DNA of 64,000 nucleotides from Phoronis australis (Eukaryota > Animalia > Phoronida): the NCBI GenBank assembly GCA_002633005.1, contig NMRA01000006.1, positions 2,214,795 to 2,278,794 on the forward strand, written 5' to 3'. Below, one piece after another: positions 12,201 to 24,658 of this stretch. Below the pieces are notes generated by a model, which saw only the letters and a list, made by a program, of their open reading frames with translations, was not told the origin of the DNA and searched no databases. Each line of letters begins with the position of its first letter. Position 1 is the stretch's first letter. Made by a program: the position numbers and the translations under genes.

Positions 12201-15200
12201 AATCTGCCACTAGTGAATGTACGATAGCCATACGCCTTAATGATGGGTTGTAACAAATTAATATTTTAGAATTCATTTACAAGTATAATGCAGATTATTG
12301 TTTTTCTACATTTTAGTTTGTGAAATAACACTTTATGTATAGTCTCCTTTTTAATTGTTTTCAACCCTTTTTACTTAAAGTTCCAGATAAATAAAAAAAA
12401 TAAAATTGAATTATAGTATTCGCCTTAATATCTCCCAGGGCGCTTATTAGGGCGAATACGGTAGGCCTTTTACGCTCCTAAACTTGGTCTCAATATTGCC
12501 TTGCACGACATGATTCTACTTCTGTTAAATTTATATGAACATCGAAAGAATCAAGGATCTGATGTTCTTTGGGGTAATGATTTTGTTATGGTTAAGGCCT
12601 TAATTTGAGTTTTTTTAGCCAGCTAAATAGGGCAAAACGCAGCTTTAAGTTTTTATGTTTGTACTGCACTCTTTATTAAGTCAAAAAAGCATAGTTGGCT
12701 ATGATATTTTTATTTGAAAACCAAGTAGTTGATGGGATATTTTTTCAGTAGCTCACTTTTTCAATGAAAGAATCCCTCCAGATTAGCAAAACCTATCAGG
12801 GCTTGGAATGACCACTGACAAAAAACGCAGAAACTTTTACGGCCCAAATCATGCGCGCTACCCAGCCTTGAAAAGGGATGTGAAGCTTTCCCTGACAAAA
12901 ATCGGGAGGACTAAAAAAACCTTTAGTAGCATTCGTCTGCGTCCTTTTAGCTCGTCCGTCCACTCCCAACCCACACATTTTTGGCTGCAAAGCCGTGGTA
13001 TTTGTCGCCGCGGTTTACAATAACAAGAGACGCCATTGAAAATCTCACCACGCTATCCCAGATGCCCCGGCAATGTTGACAATTTACGTTCCTCCGAAAC
13101 ATAAAGAGCAACTTTCGCTTTTCGAGGTGAACGTCGTCTGCAACGCCGCAGTAAGAAAGGAATTTGCCGCAGAAATTTTATATCAAATCTGATTTTTTTT
13201 TACGCGGAAATATAATAAAATGCACGGACAGAACATTTGAAAAAAAGCGGAAATCCGCGTTTCCGCAGAAAATTCCAAGCCCTGACCTATTGATATTTTT
13301 ATTCAACTCTAACCAATTTTGGTTAGAGAAGGTTGGCAGCAGTTCTGCCAGTGCTCGAAGTCCTTTTTTCAAAACCTCAGTGACGGCAAACAAGGAAATG
13401 GAGTCATAATCCAGAATGTTGCCAAATAGCCATAAAAACTGTCATTTAGAGCAGGAAATATAACTAACAAAGATCCTGCTACCCTCAGAATAGTGGTAGA
13501 ATAGAATTTCGAAACCAACAAGGTGCCGTCCCGCGACAGCTACCCAGGTTGGCCAGAAAGAGTCGATCTGACTTGCAATCCAGACAATCCAATGCATGAC
13601 CATGTAGCACTTCTCTCAAACAAAAGCTGAATTACTCGTGACGAGGCAAATTTGTGAGTGGGTGTACTTGCAAGCCATCACATGTTGAGGTCAAGACACC
13701 CTTCTAACCAAGTGCACTGAATATTTAAAGCACTACTTTTGTGGAAAAGACATGATCGTATCCACATGATCACCTGCCAAAGTTTCTCAGTTCTTGGGTC
13801 ACATAGCACATGACAGTAAAATGTCACCAGTGAAGGACACACTAAGGAGGACGAGTAATATACAATTTTCTCATTATTTCTTTACACGTAAAAGGCACCG
13901 ACCAAGTGGACATTTTTCCATGATCAAACTCTGTATCACAGCTACCACCAGACAATAATTTGAAAATTATGGACAAATGCAACAACGTTAGAAGGCTTTG
14001 AAAAAATAAGAAAAAAGCCCATTTTCGTAATTATTTTTGTCCAAAATTAGTGAGATTTTATTGTAATATACAACAATAAATTTGTGTTGCTCTCTGATAT
14101 CAAGCTATGTACTTAGTACCATAAATAGAAAAAAGCAGCTTATTCCCGAGCAGTGTCACATGAACCTACTATACCTGCCTGCAACTTTGGAACTGAGTAG
14201 ACAAGACCGATTCTTTTCATAAACTTGTCGTGGCACAGAGTGAAAGTCAGTGACTGAACACGGTTGGGCATGCGATATTTCCAACAACATGACTGCAGAG
14301 GTCACCACTTGTAAGGTGCGACAACACCAGTCCATAATCAGTTTATATTTGCTTCCATATTTGGAAGAACACCTTTATCATTTTGAGACGCAAAACACTG
14401 GATGGATGTAGTGGTATAACCTGGGATGGGTACGTCCCAGGCACAACTGAGCGCTGGCAAGGAAGAAGACGGCGAAAACAACTGACGGGTGACAAAAAGG
14501 AAATATGACAACCTGAGCTACACGGAATAAATTCATTATACACAAGAGACAAAAGCACAAATGTAACCAGTTGTTGAAACTAGCGGCAAGTTGTTGCGGT
14601 ATTCTACTACTTTACTGTGGCGATCCCTTTTTAACGCTTCACTTCCATTTGAGTGACTAAACCAAGCTCTGTCTACTTAATAAAACAAGCACAGCCCACT
14701 GTGTCATTTACGTGTACAAGTGCTTGACAAATCATTGCACTTCAAACCTTGCTTATAGTTAATTATGTGCCTTTGTGCAGCTTTTCGAAAAAGAACATGA
14801 GACCTTGCATGACATTACAAAAACCTTCCCATCTGGTTTCACATTCAGACAACAGCCGTTTGCAAAATCTAGATATCAATCTAGACCAATTGTTAATCTT
14901 TATTCATGCATACTGTTGTCCAACATCTTGACTTGCCGGACAATTATCTACCCCTGTTCAAAGGGTTACTAAAACCGGATCTATTTTCATTAACAAGTGT
15001 CAAAGAACTGGAACCTAACATATCTATTTTGACAATTTTTTTTATTACATTTCTGTGTTTTTTATTTTAACCAGTGATTTATTGCTGTCATAGCTAATGT
15101 GGTAATTGCTCTACTTCACACAAAAGGACCTTAAATAAGCGTTCCTGTACTAAAAATCGAAATTGGTATCGACATTTCCCTTTCACTTTTCAGCGGGCTC

Positions 15201-18200
15201 AATAAAGGTGTCTATTATTCTGCGATCAACTACATTATGGTTAATATGGAGGACAGTATTCTAATCTAGTTTGAGCTTCATGGCCCATCATTAAAGCTTA
15301 ACTTCGAACATAAACTCAGAATTTCGAGCTCATACCCAAAATCTCAAGTTTTTACTCAAATCTTAAGTTCCGTAGCTCAACTTTAGGGGTTATCAAATCC
15401 GAACATGGCCATACCATATTCCAGCACCGAATTATAAACCTCTACCAAGAGTTTGTGCAATAATACAACAACAACACAAAAGTAATGAAACAAAATACTT
15501 CCCCATCACAAAGTCAACAAGAGCAACGTAGAGTGCTGAAATGCACCCGCGACAGCAACGCAGTGTGCTTCTACGGGTGTTTATAAGCATAAAAAATGGA
15601 GTCTAGGTGGTGCAGAATATGTCATATAAATCCCAAAATGGATAGATGCTATCACCACTTTTCAATAAAAACTGTCTAAGAATAAGAACTTTAAGATACA
15701 AATGCAAACGTAAAAATAAAGTTGCCAGTAGGGGGTACAATGGTAGTGTGAACTGTCCAAAAGTATTAGGTAGCCATAGTCACATTTATAAATAAAACTA
15801 ATTCTTGCACAATTTCACAAAGATCACTCAAAGGAGTAAGGAGATGCAGCTGAGAAAGCAAAAAAGACAAAAATCGCAACCAGGAGGTGTCACAGATATC
15901 AAATATGTCCACAAATCAATGCATTCTAATCAGGAACACAAAAGGCATTCGAAAAATACAAGTAGCCACTAGGTGATGCAACAATGCATCAAGTTTAACG
16001 ATGCACTCTGAAATTACAGAGGAAAACATAAACAACTAAAAGTGACACTAGGGGGCACAGTGATAGTCGAATGGGTCTGAAATGTGCCATAAAATGTTGT
16101 CACTTCCATAGGAACATGTCTGCCGAATTTCACAAAGATCCTAAAAAGGTCAAGGATACACAGCCATAGAGGGGGAAGGAGAAATGCCACCAGAAACACA
16201 TCTGCCAATTTTCACAATGATCCTCCAAGTAGTTTGGCGGATAGAGACGGATGCCAAAAATGGACTCGAAGCTGTTAAAAACCGCCACTACGAGGTGCAC
16301 AATATGTAACATCAGTCGGAAAATGAAAAATATTGTCATCACTTTAATAGAAACCTGTTTGCCAAGTTTCATGAAAATCCATCTTTGAACTCTGAAGATA
16401 CACAGGAAAGCGTAGAAAAATGAAATTGCCACTAAGGGGCACACCAATTGTCGGATTGGACTGAAACTCGTTATCACCTGATGTCAACCCCATAAAAACA
16501 TATCTGCCAAATTTCACAAAGTTCCTGAAAAAGTTAAGGAGATACAGACATGGAAACAAAATAACACAAAATCTCCACTAGGAGGCACCAGAAAAGTCAA
16601 ACACGCTCGAAAATCAAGGTCAACAGTGGTCTTCTAGTCAGAAACACACTTGCCAATTTTCATAATGATCCTTCAAGCGGTTTGGCAGATAGAAAGGTGG
16701 ACGCCAAAAACCTAACACCAAAATTTAAAAACCGACCACAAGGTAGTGCAGGATCGTCAAAGATGTCTAACAAGAGCAACGCAGAGCGTTGAAATGCGCC
16801 CACAATTGCACCGCATAGGGTATCCTTCTAGGGTTGTTTATTGGTACCACAAAGTGGCCAGTAGAGAGCATATATGTAGTATGTTGTACTTAGCAAAATG
16901 GAAAGGCATNNNNNNNNNNNNNNNNNNNNNNNNNNNNNNNNNNNNNNNNNNNNNNNNNNNNNNNNNNNNNNNNNNNNNNNNNNNNNNNNNNNNNNNNNNN
17001 NNNNNNNNNNNNNNNNNNNNNNNNNNNNNNNNNNNNNNNNNNNNNNNNNNNNNNNNNNNNNNNNNNNNNNNNNNNNNNNNNNNNNNNNNNNNNNNNNNNN
17101 NTATAAGCAGACATCAGTACAAAACTCTACATGGTGCACGTGGCTTTTCATCAGCAAAGACCTTAAGAGTCTAGATTTTTCAGATTCAACTTAAAAACAA
17201 TACAGTGATACTTTAAAAAACACTTTCTGTCAAGAATATTTTTAAACATAGCATTTTTGTGGAATTCGAAGTTCCCAATTTAGTAAGATTACAGACAAGA
17301 GCCCATTGATTGCGTTTAAAGTTGGATTCATCACCGCAAATTCGATTCAACTTCAGATTGAAGCGGATGATCTCGACTTGAAAAATGAAAATCTATTAAA
17401 ATAGTTCTACACTGGGTTCAGGATGAAGTCAATTAATTAATGAATTGGTATCCTGGTTATAACCACAAGCGTCCATTCACAATGATGTGGAGTTCTACGA
17501 TTAACAGGTTTTAAACGTCGATATATCGATCCCTGATAATAGTCAAGCGTGAATATTGGAGACAAACTGAGTGGGCTCGATATGAAATCAGGTCAGAAAA
17601 TATGTGTATAGAGGTGGATGCTGCATTTTTACAAAGCAATTACTCAGAAACTGCGCATGCAGAGAATGAAACAGTCATATTGAAGCTTACACATGGTCAG
17701 ACACAAAAGACGACTTAAATGCATAATTAAAACAGAGCCAACAAGAGATAGCGCCTCGCATGTTCAAAAACTCTAAGTAAGATTCACCTGTACTCACAGC
17801 TTTACCTCACAAAACCAGCTTTAGTTGGTCTTTCTCCGCTATATTTTCAGAAATTGGCATTTTCCCACCCACCTTTCTCATTTATAAAACATTGAACTTA
17901 GTGTACCGAATGAAACCCAGTTTGAGCACATTCGAAACTAGATTTATCTTTACATCGAAGTTTTAAGTATGGACCACACATTATACATTCAAATGGTTCG
18001 CATTTCTCAAACTTTTGCTTCACTCATGGTATGCACTTTTTCTATTTTAGTTCCCACTGCCTCGTTTATCATCCATATTGTGTACACCTGTGTGAAAATT
18101 TTGATCATAAAGCACATGGTATGAATTAATATGTACGTTTATTACTTTTGGAGCTCTCACAGTTAATAACAGAGGGTAGGAAACATTTGGAATTCTAAAA

Positions 18201-21200
18201 TGAACAGGCATGAACACGGATGGTCTATGCCACGCTGGAAATATCGAAATAGTAGCAAATGATATTATAACAAATGGCATGATTGAAGAAGGAACCTGAA
18301 AGATTTCAATCAATGTGAACTTCCTATTTGTTTATCTTCTCCAGGCACTCTAACTACCAGGAACTACCATCAAACTCAACTAATGACCACAAGGGAATGA
18401 CATGTAGTTGATGTAATGCAATTCTTCACTTTTCTAGCACACAATACGACCAGCAAGCGAAATAGTAGTTTGTTGAATTTCTGCACCAAAAAAATATTAC
18501 CGTACGAAAATTTTAGTCTATAAGTAGCATTATATTGTTTAAATGTCATAACACAACACTTGGTAAAAGTGAGATACTCTCCGTATACGCCATATCTTAG
18601 TCATGTTGCAGGATCCATAGTTAAGTCTGAAAACACCTCTGTCCCTACCTGGGACTTTCTGCTAACTGTGCAAAAGTACCCGGTTCGAACCCCAGTTGGT
18701 ATAGAGATCTTTTCAAAGGTTTACTAGGTCACGTGATATGACCAACATATGGCGTGCTTGGATACTAATACTGTTCTTACATGTGAATATCAGAAGGGTG
18801 ATTCATGACAACGTAATTATAAACATTTGGTAAGGTTTCCACAAAATGTAGCATAGTAATCAGCCTTTAAAACGTGGGAAATGACAATTTGTCAATTATT
18901 TTCGTATGGAATTAATGGAGAGTTATGGTACTTAAAGGACAATGCATGCCACAGCAGATAGTGGCAAATGCACTTTACCAAGAATAGATACAAACAGGAA
19001 GGTATTATCGTCTCTTTAGTAGAAACCGTTAACCCATTTGCAATGTTTCACAAAAATCTGTCACAGTACTCCGAAGATACAGGGAAAACCATTAAAAATA
19101 AAGTTGGCACTAGAAGGCACACCTGTAGTCTGATCTGTCAGCAGTCGTTATTTTCATCAAAACACACTTGCCAAATTCAACAAAGCTCTAGCGAATGCAA
19201 ACAAAAAACCGGCACTTGGACTAGTATGAGGTACCACAGGCATCCGAAACGTCTGAAAATCATTATCTGTCCTCTTCCCAGTAAGGAACACGTACACCAA
19301 TTCAATGTCATCCTTAGATTGGTTTGGCCACTAGGTGGCACAGCAGAATACATCGAATCCACCCCAAAACATGAAAACGGTATCTTGTCCTAAACAGATA
19401 CCTATTTGCGAAATTTCATGACAATTCATCCAGGAATTGTGGAGATACAGAGTAAAATGTAATAAACTAGAATTACCACTAGAGGGCACAACGGCACTCG
19501 TTCAAGTCTTCCGATCCACGACTGGGGATGACGCATACAGTACACAAATAAATATGTTGGAGGATAAAAACGGGTTTTAAAAGCTTTCAATCATATTTTA
19601 AAAACAAAATGGTGCCACGTCTGCCATCTTGGAATCAAATCGTGACAAAAACCCCACAGTCTTTGTGAGCCTTTTTTTTTAGAGTTGCATGTTGTGTGCA
19701 AATTTCATGTGAAGCGAATGGCAAATGCAACCTGTTAGCATGCGTACAAGCATAAAGATCTTCATGGCAAAGCAACATAACAAAAGCAAGTTATGTACAG
19801 TAACTGTGACTATGAATGGTGTATTTCCTGGAACACTACAAACTATACACAACTGTCTATATATAAATAATATAATGCGTACATCTTGCATGTGATTTTA
19901 CCGTAGGTATAAAATCAATAGAGCTTTTTCCTGGCACAAAATTGTTGAAATACTGCTGAATGCATAATTCAGTACAACACCATCAAGACGTTTCTACAAG
20001 AAGTAGCTTGAGCACAGAGAATTGATTACTAACCAAGTGAATTCAACAGACTAATCTGAGACAAAAGCTTTCCCACTGACTGAACAATTCTCCTGGTTTG
20101 AAGACTTTCAACAAATGAGACAGTGTAACTCCTAGACTTAGGCTGCCAATGCAACTCCCCGGAAAATAGGCGGATAAAACTATAGAATTGCGAAATTCTT
20201 CTGCTGTGGAAAGGGTTAAACCCACTTTGGAAGAAGTAATCGTTGGAAGTAGCTCATGTAACTTACAGTACAAAAACATATACAATTTAGACTGCAAATC
20301 AAGTGTGCCATCTGGTGTTTAATACAGAAAACTAGAGATATCTGTAACATAGGTGCTACCAAGAAGAGTGTGAAACACAATGGGAGTAGGGACAGAGAGT
20401 CAACATTCTAGTTTCCCTAATGGGACAGAAACATGAATGAAGAATAATCATAAACTGATACCAATCAATATGTTCAACTGAAGAATATTTAAACTTCACT
20501 GGAATTATGAGTTAGACGTTCGCATCGAAAAGTACAGTTCTGATCTGTGAATTAGGAATTCGTGCATTGAACTTGAGTCAAACATCAACAAAATGACTAC
20601 CCTCTCATAACCATAAAGTCGCTGCATTGTTTTTCGAACTTGTCCCAGGTGAGCCAAACTCATCACACATGGGAACATCCCAACAACTTGCCGCGGCAAG
20701 ACAAAAGAGGTCGTGGCAAACAGTGAGTCGACAATATTAACTCCAACAGGAACAAGTCACGTGAGATGGTGCTGATAAAACAGTAGTTACCCGTAGTTCA
20801 TAATCATTACACTAGGGTCACCACCACCAGGAACCCTCACCCCACCAACAATCCCATGCTGGTGAACAACCTTCTATTCTCAATAGACGCATCATCTATA
20901 ATGCAGGGCACATCTAGTAAATATGTAGTGACATTCTCTCATTACTCGGACTAAAATCTTTATAACACAGGGCTACTCCTTCATTTCCCCTACTATTCAA
21001 TTACAAATGACAAAACAAACGAGGCAAGCGGATTCGTTCTTAACCCCGACCTGTGAGGTCAATTCATAAGCCCACCATCTCAGTAGACTCCTGATGTGTA
21101 ACTAAATAACACAAATGACCTCCTATCTAAATAGGTGGAGGCCTGGCCAATAACAAAAAGCTTGTAGCCTGCACAGACGTCACACAAATGCCAAGCATGA

Positions 21201-24200
21201 TTACCTATAACTAGAGGCTATTTTGCAAAAAAGGAGCAACAGGAAGCTATGTTGAAATCATGGCAGGAGTACATCCTGTGCAGGGACAAGGTCAAAAGCA
21301 CATGTTGATAGTAAGCACCTCAACAGAATNTGATAATGCAGGGCACATCTAGTAAATATGTAGTGACAATCACTCATTACTCGGACTAAAATCTTTATAA
21401 CACAGGGCTACTCCTTCATTTCCCCTACTATTCAATTACAAATGACAAAACAAACGAGGCAAGCCAATTCGTTCTTAACCCCGACCTGTGAGGTCAATTC
21501 ATAAGCCCACCATCTCAGTAGACTCCTGATGTGTAACTAAATAACACAAATGACCTCCTATCTAAATAGGTGGAGGCCTGGCCAATAACAAAAAGCTTGT
21601 AGCCTGCACAGACGTCACACAAATGCCAAGCATGATTACCTATAACTAGAGGCTATTTTGCAAAAAAGGAGCAACAGGAAGCTATGTTGAAATCATGGCA
21701 GGAGTACATCCTGTGCAGGGACAAGGTCAAAAGCACATGTTGATAGTAAGCACCTCAACAGAATATAGAACCACGTCATACACTGCCAAGAATAACTTGT
21801 CAAAGCCAGCCTCATTAATTGACATCGATAATTGTTGTTTTAATGAATTACCAAAGCATTCAAAACTTATCTCCAATTTAGCTGAGTTAAAATGTCTTAT
21901 AATGTCCGAGGTTTTAACACTATCTGTATTAAGGACAGGTGACTGGCTTATATCCTGGACTGGAAAAGTGTTCTGGAGAAGAATACTTGTTAAAGTTAAA
22001 GTACAAGAACTCAATGCTTTACAGTCAAGCCTACATGTTCAAAATAACTGTGCCATTCATTTTCAGAAAGCAATAACTAAAAACGTAACCTGTTGTTTTT
22101 AACGTTTAAATGACGACAGTGGGAAGTGAATGAAGGAAATGGACAAAATTTTCAAGAAGTTATTTCATATTTTACAGCACTACAGTAAAAATGCTGCAAA
22201 TGGGGAAGCTCAGGTCCAACAGTATCAAAGGATCTGTTTTGTTATAATGCAAAAAATCAAAATTGTTTATTGGTGAAAAAATAATGAACAGCAGGTGAAG
22301 TCAAAATCTAGTAAACACCCGCGAATATAGCCTCAAAACCAATCAATACACTTCGCTCTGAGATACTGTAGTAAGATTGTGAAAAATTAGCTTGATTATA
22401 AACCTCTACATTGCAGAAATGATTTTAGGAGTGTATCCCGCATCAGTGGCTCATAAGAATATTCATTAATGCAATGAGACTGTTTGACTTGGGCCAACTG
22501 GGACATTAAAACTGTGTCAGCAATCACGGTGTAATTTGTCTCACAGTGGGAAATGCATTGCATTCAGATTAGTAACGCATAGCAAGGCAGATCAGCTGAC
22601 CAAAATCCACCATCAGTCACAAAGAGTCAAACATGTTGTGAAAATACCAACCCTAACTGTGGATTTATGTGTTTTGTTGAAACTGAAATGCTGCTGGCAG
22701 GCAAAATTACACACAATAAAAGATGTTTGCCAAAAATCAAATCAAAAAAGGACAGAAGAACTAACATGATCCATGAGCCCACCAAGTTGATCCACAGATT
22801 TGAGGCAATCGGCCTCATGGCAGGTTGGCCGATAGCCTCAGACTGACCAAGCCTCGTTTTTCTAAAAAGATTCCTACAATGAAACCTAAACTAAATTTTA
22901 AACATGGCGCTGCATGTATATACTTTCTGTGATTTCGCCTGAGTCGCGACAGGAAATCCATGACAAGAAACACAGTGGTCAAAGCCATTCCGTTAAATTA
23001 AACAGTACGGTAGAATTTGAAAAAAATCAAAGCAAACAAGTTTAAGCCTAACTTTAATGCCTGAATACACTAGGCAAGACATCTATAGATGGCAAAGGCC
23101 TATGGGCAATGCTCAGCTTAAGTATTAATAATAAACTTCATGAACCAAAACAATTTCCTGTGAATAAAAGATTAGGGACAAATGCATTGACAAAACCGTG
23201 ACCATCTCTCTTTCAGTGATTTATCATAAATATGCAAATTATGTAGGTCATCTGAAACACGATCTGTGACACAGGTGTAAGAAAACACAACTGACTAAGG
23301 TCGTTTTACAACATGTGGACACGTAAATTGTGCTGGCAAATGTAAAAACATCAACCAGAGATCATTGACAAAAGGTCTGAATTTTTAAGCGTTCTAGTTT
23401 TCACTTAGTGTTTTTACTTAAAGTTATCTCCAGCTCAATAACGGATTGGTTGGCAAAGAACTCAGCAGGATCACCAACATTGCGTTGGTGGGCCAACTGA
23501 TGAAAAGGCATGATCCTGTAGGATACAACATATCAGAAGATTACCAGTTCACCATTGATAACAGTAGCACAACAGTACATTTCAAATCATGTCAGTAGGC
23601 CTACAGTCACACAACCTGCCACCAATATAACGTGTGAAAGAGCAAGAGAATATAAATGAATATTCATGATATGATCAATAATCAATCAAAATGTGTGCAA
23701 TCAAGGTACGAACCAAATGTTGACCCCATAGATGACCTAGTTAGCTGGGCAAACACATTGCTGGGCAACTTGCACTGGGTCTAGTTATCGGAAATACTTA
23801 CCTTCTTGAACACAAAAACACGGATATGCTGAACGTTAACCAATGTTCTACTCTCGCTTTCACAACCGCTTACATACGTATTTCGTTTGTCGACCGTAAC
23901 CACACACTACAGACTTCGATGCACTAGATATTTTAATGAAATAAGGAACTGTAAACTGAACCGAAGTGAATCAAGACTTTATCAACGTGTGACCCAGTTT
24001 CCTACACAAAGCTAGGCCACTGGCACTGCTTTCCATACGTCAAAAATAAACCACAAAGAAAATCATGACTTCACTGTCGCTTTTCAACGATATCACAAAT
24101 CGAACACATCGGGAGACATACAAACCTAGTAATCAAGCAATCGTTTAGTAAATTATGCGACGTAGCTCTACTTACCAGCCGAAATTTCATCGGCTTGTGT

Positions 24201-24221
24201 TGACCGAATTTCGTCTTCCAT
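223..24221 (-). CDS. Orphan nuclear hormone receptor, NR1-like (multi-exon; probably continues beyond the left edge of the window)
   Basis: Phase-consistent GT-AG exons: 24221-24176 ([15 protein letters not shown], phase 1), 5931-5156 (ends [22 protein letters not shown]), either 4563-4413 or 4347-4197 (GFFRR...CLALGMSRS), 3526-3165 ([13 protein letters not shown]...), 2779-2615, and 834 to ~226/223. The C4 zinc-finger DBD has P-box [22 protein letters not shown] resembles helix 1 of an NR1D/F LBD, followed by donor-like CAG|GTAGTAAGT, so the TGA at 195-193 may be intronic. The first exon is linked only by phase and a strong donor. Confidence 0.85.
226..834 (-). CDS. Nuclear receptor exon: hinge and probable start of LBD
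   Basis: Acceptor tttcatctgtag|GTG with a long open frame containing PLKKRP and an H1-like helix. The 3' boundary is uncertain (donor at 226 or 223, or stop at 193). Confidence 0.8.
882..2862. repeat. Near-identical tandem duplication (882-1838 / 1840-2862) around a single N; probable uncollapsed haplotypes
   Basis: Both copies start ctgctcaacatcaaaggcgg and end tactgaatg; they differ by SNPs and short indels. Confidence 0.85.
2615..2779 (-). CDS. Nuclear receptor hinge exon (second haplotype-like copy at 1591-1755)
   Basis: ctccttttcag|INLERARQ...SSSQA|gtgagt; 165 nt, phase 0-0. Confidence 0.8.
3165..3526 (-). CDS. Nuclear receptor exon: DBD C-terminal extension and hinge
   Basis: The phase-1 acceptor tttttag|CC gives [15 protein letters not shown], which resembles the NR1 CTE/GRIP box. 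Donor CAG|GTAGGG. Confidence 0.88.
3779..3888. repeat. Intronic inverted repeat (hairpin or MITE relic)
   Basis: The arms tctgatataac/gttatatcaga and attttgagaaccag/ctggttctcaaaat are perfect reverse complements. Confidence 0.8.
4197..4347 (-). CDS. Nuclear receptor DBD second-finger exon B (alternative; D-box NANKN)
   Basis: gttttag|[50 protein letters not shown]|gtaaac; 151 nt, phase 0 to 1. Confidence 0.92.
4413..4563 (-). CDS. Nuclear receptor DBD second-finger exon A (alternative; D-box YFNKN)
   Basis: gttgtag|[50 protein letters not shown]|gtaaat; 151 nt, phase 0 to 1. Confidence 0.92.
5156..5931 (-). CDS. Nuclear receptor exon: acidic A/B region plus first zinc finger (P-box)
   Basis: Acceptor ttctctctatctctag, open frame for 776 nt ending CEGCK, donor AAG|GTGAGC. 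Confidence 0.93.
6004..8454. repeat. Near-identical tandem duplication (6004-7230 / 7232-8454) around a single N; probable uncollapsed haplotypes
   Basis: Both copies start gacttccttttcaaacag and end ctcaacaaca; N at 7231. Confidence 0.88.
12797..13284. mobile_element. MITE with 13-bp TIRs and 6-bp TSD (hAT-like termini)
   Basis: TIR CAGGGCTTGGAAT...ATTCCAAGCCCTG, flanked by ACCTAT on both sides. Confidence 0.85.
15516..16909 (+). repeat. Degenerate ~145-160 bp tandem-unit array, Helitron/Helentron-like non-autonomous element
   Basis: Starts AACAAGAGCAACG (seen again at ~16769). tgccaaatttcacaaagatcc-like and ccactaggggg-like motifs recur. A related fragment lies at ~19280-19500. Confidence 0.6.
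20898..21764. repeat. Near-identical tandem duplication (20898-21329 / 21333-21764) around a single N; probable uncollapsed haplotypes
   Basis: Both copies run ataatgcagggcac...caacagaat; N at 21330. Confidence 0.88.
24176..24221 (-). CDS. Nuclear receptor, putative first coding exon
   Basis: ATG GAA GAC...GCT G|GTAAGT. The phase-1 donor matches the phase-1 acceptor at 5931 across an ~18.2 kb intron. Confidence 0.6.
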
Positions 24222-24504
24222 TCTTCGTCTGACCTACAAAATGTCTATCGGCAAAGCCAAGCCTCTCTTTGAAAATCTTTAGCGTCACGAGTAGACGATG
24301 ATCATTTGTTGCATCAAACAAAAATCCGCTAGGTGCCTCTGCGACAAAGGAAGTGGGGATAAAAAAGTTTTACTGCCACTGGCCTGGGAGTGGGAGGCTG
24401 GCACTACTGTATCGGTTTGTTACTGTTAGGTGGTAGGCCTAAGTTCAGCTTCAAGAAAACTGTTAAGCCTACTACTTCCTGCGATTGTTGTGTCTTGTCT
24501 TGAG
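24222..24504. promoter_or_regulatory. Candidate bidirectional promoter between nuclear receptor and FERRY3
   Basis: The FERRY3 ATG lies 3 nt after an acceptor (ttttccag at 26464), so it needs an upstream non-coding exon. A candidate donor GAG|GTAATC is at 24504. ETS-like GGAAGT motifs occur on both strands (~24349, ~24474). Confidence 0.45.
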
Positions 24505-24658
24505 GTAATCCTATTTTAGAGGTCTAAATTATATTTGACTTCAAACCTTCCGTCCCCCCTTACAAATTTGTCCCGAGTCTGAGTGAGAAGGTGACAGCAC
24601 ACCATGACCTGCTAAGTAGACGGTGGCGTCGTCTCTAGTGTGGTGAATCTGCAATGAG

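Noticed and set aside
16746-17194. ORFs spanning the N gap
   Set aside because: They are artefacts of the N run.
18660-18720. tRNA gene (GGTTCGAACCC B-box)
   Set aside because: No A-box or cloverleaf; at best a SINE remnant.
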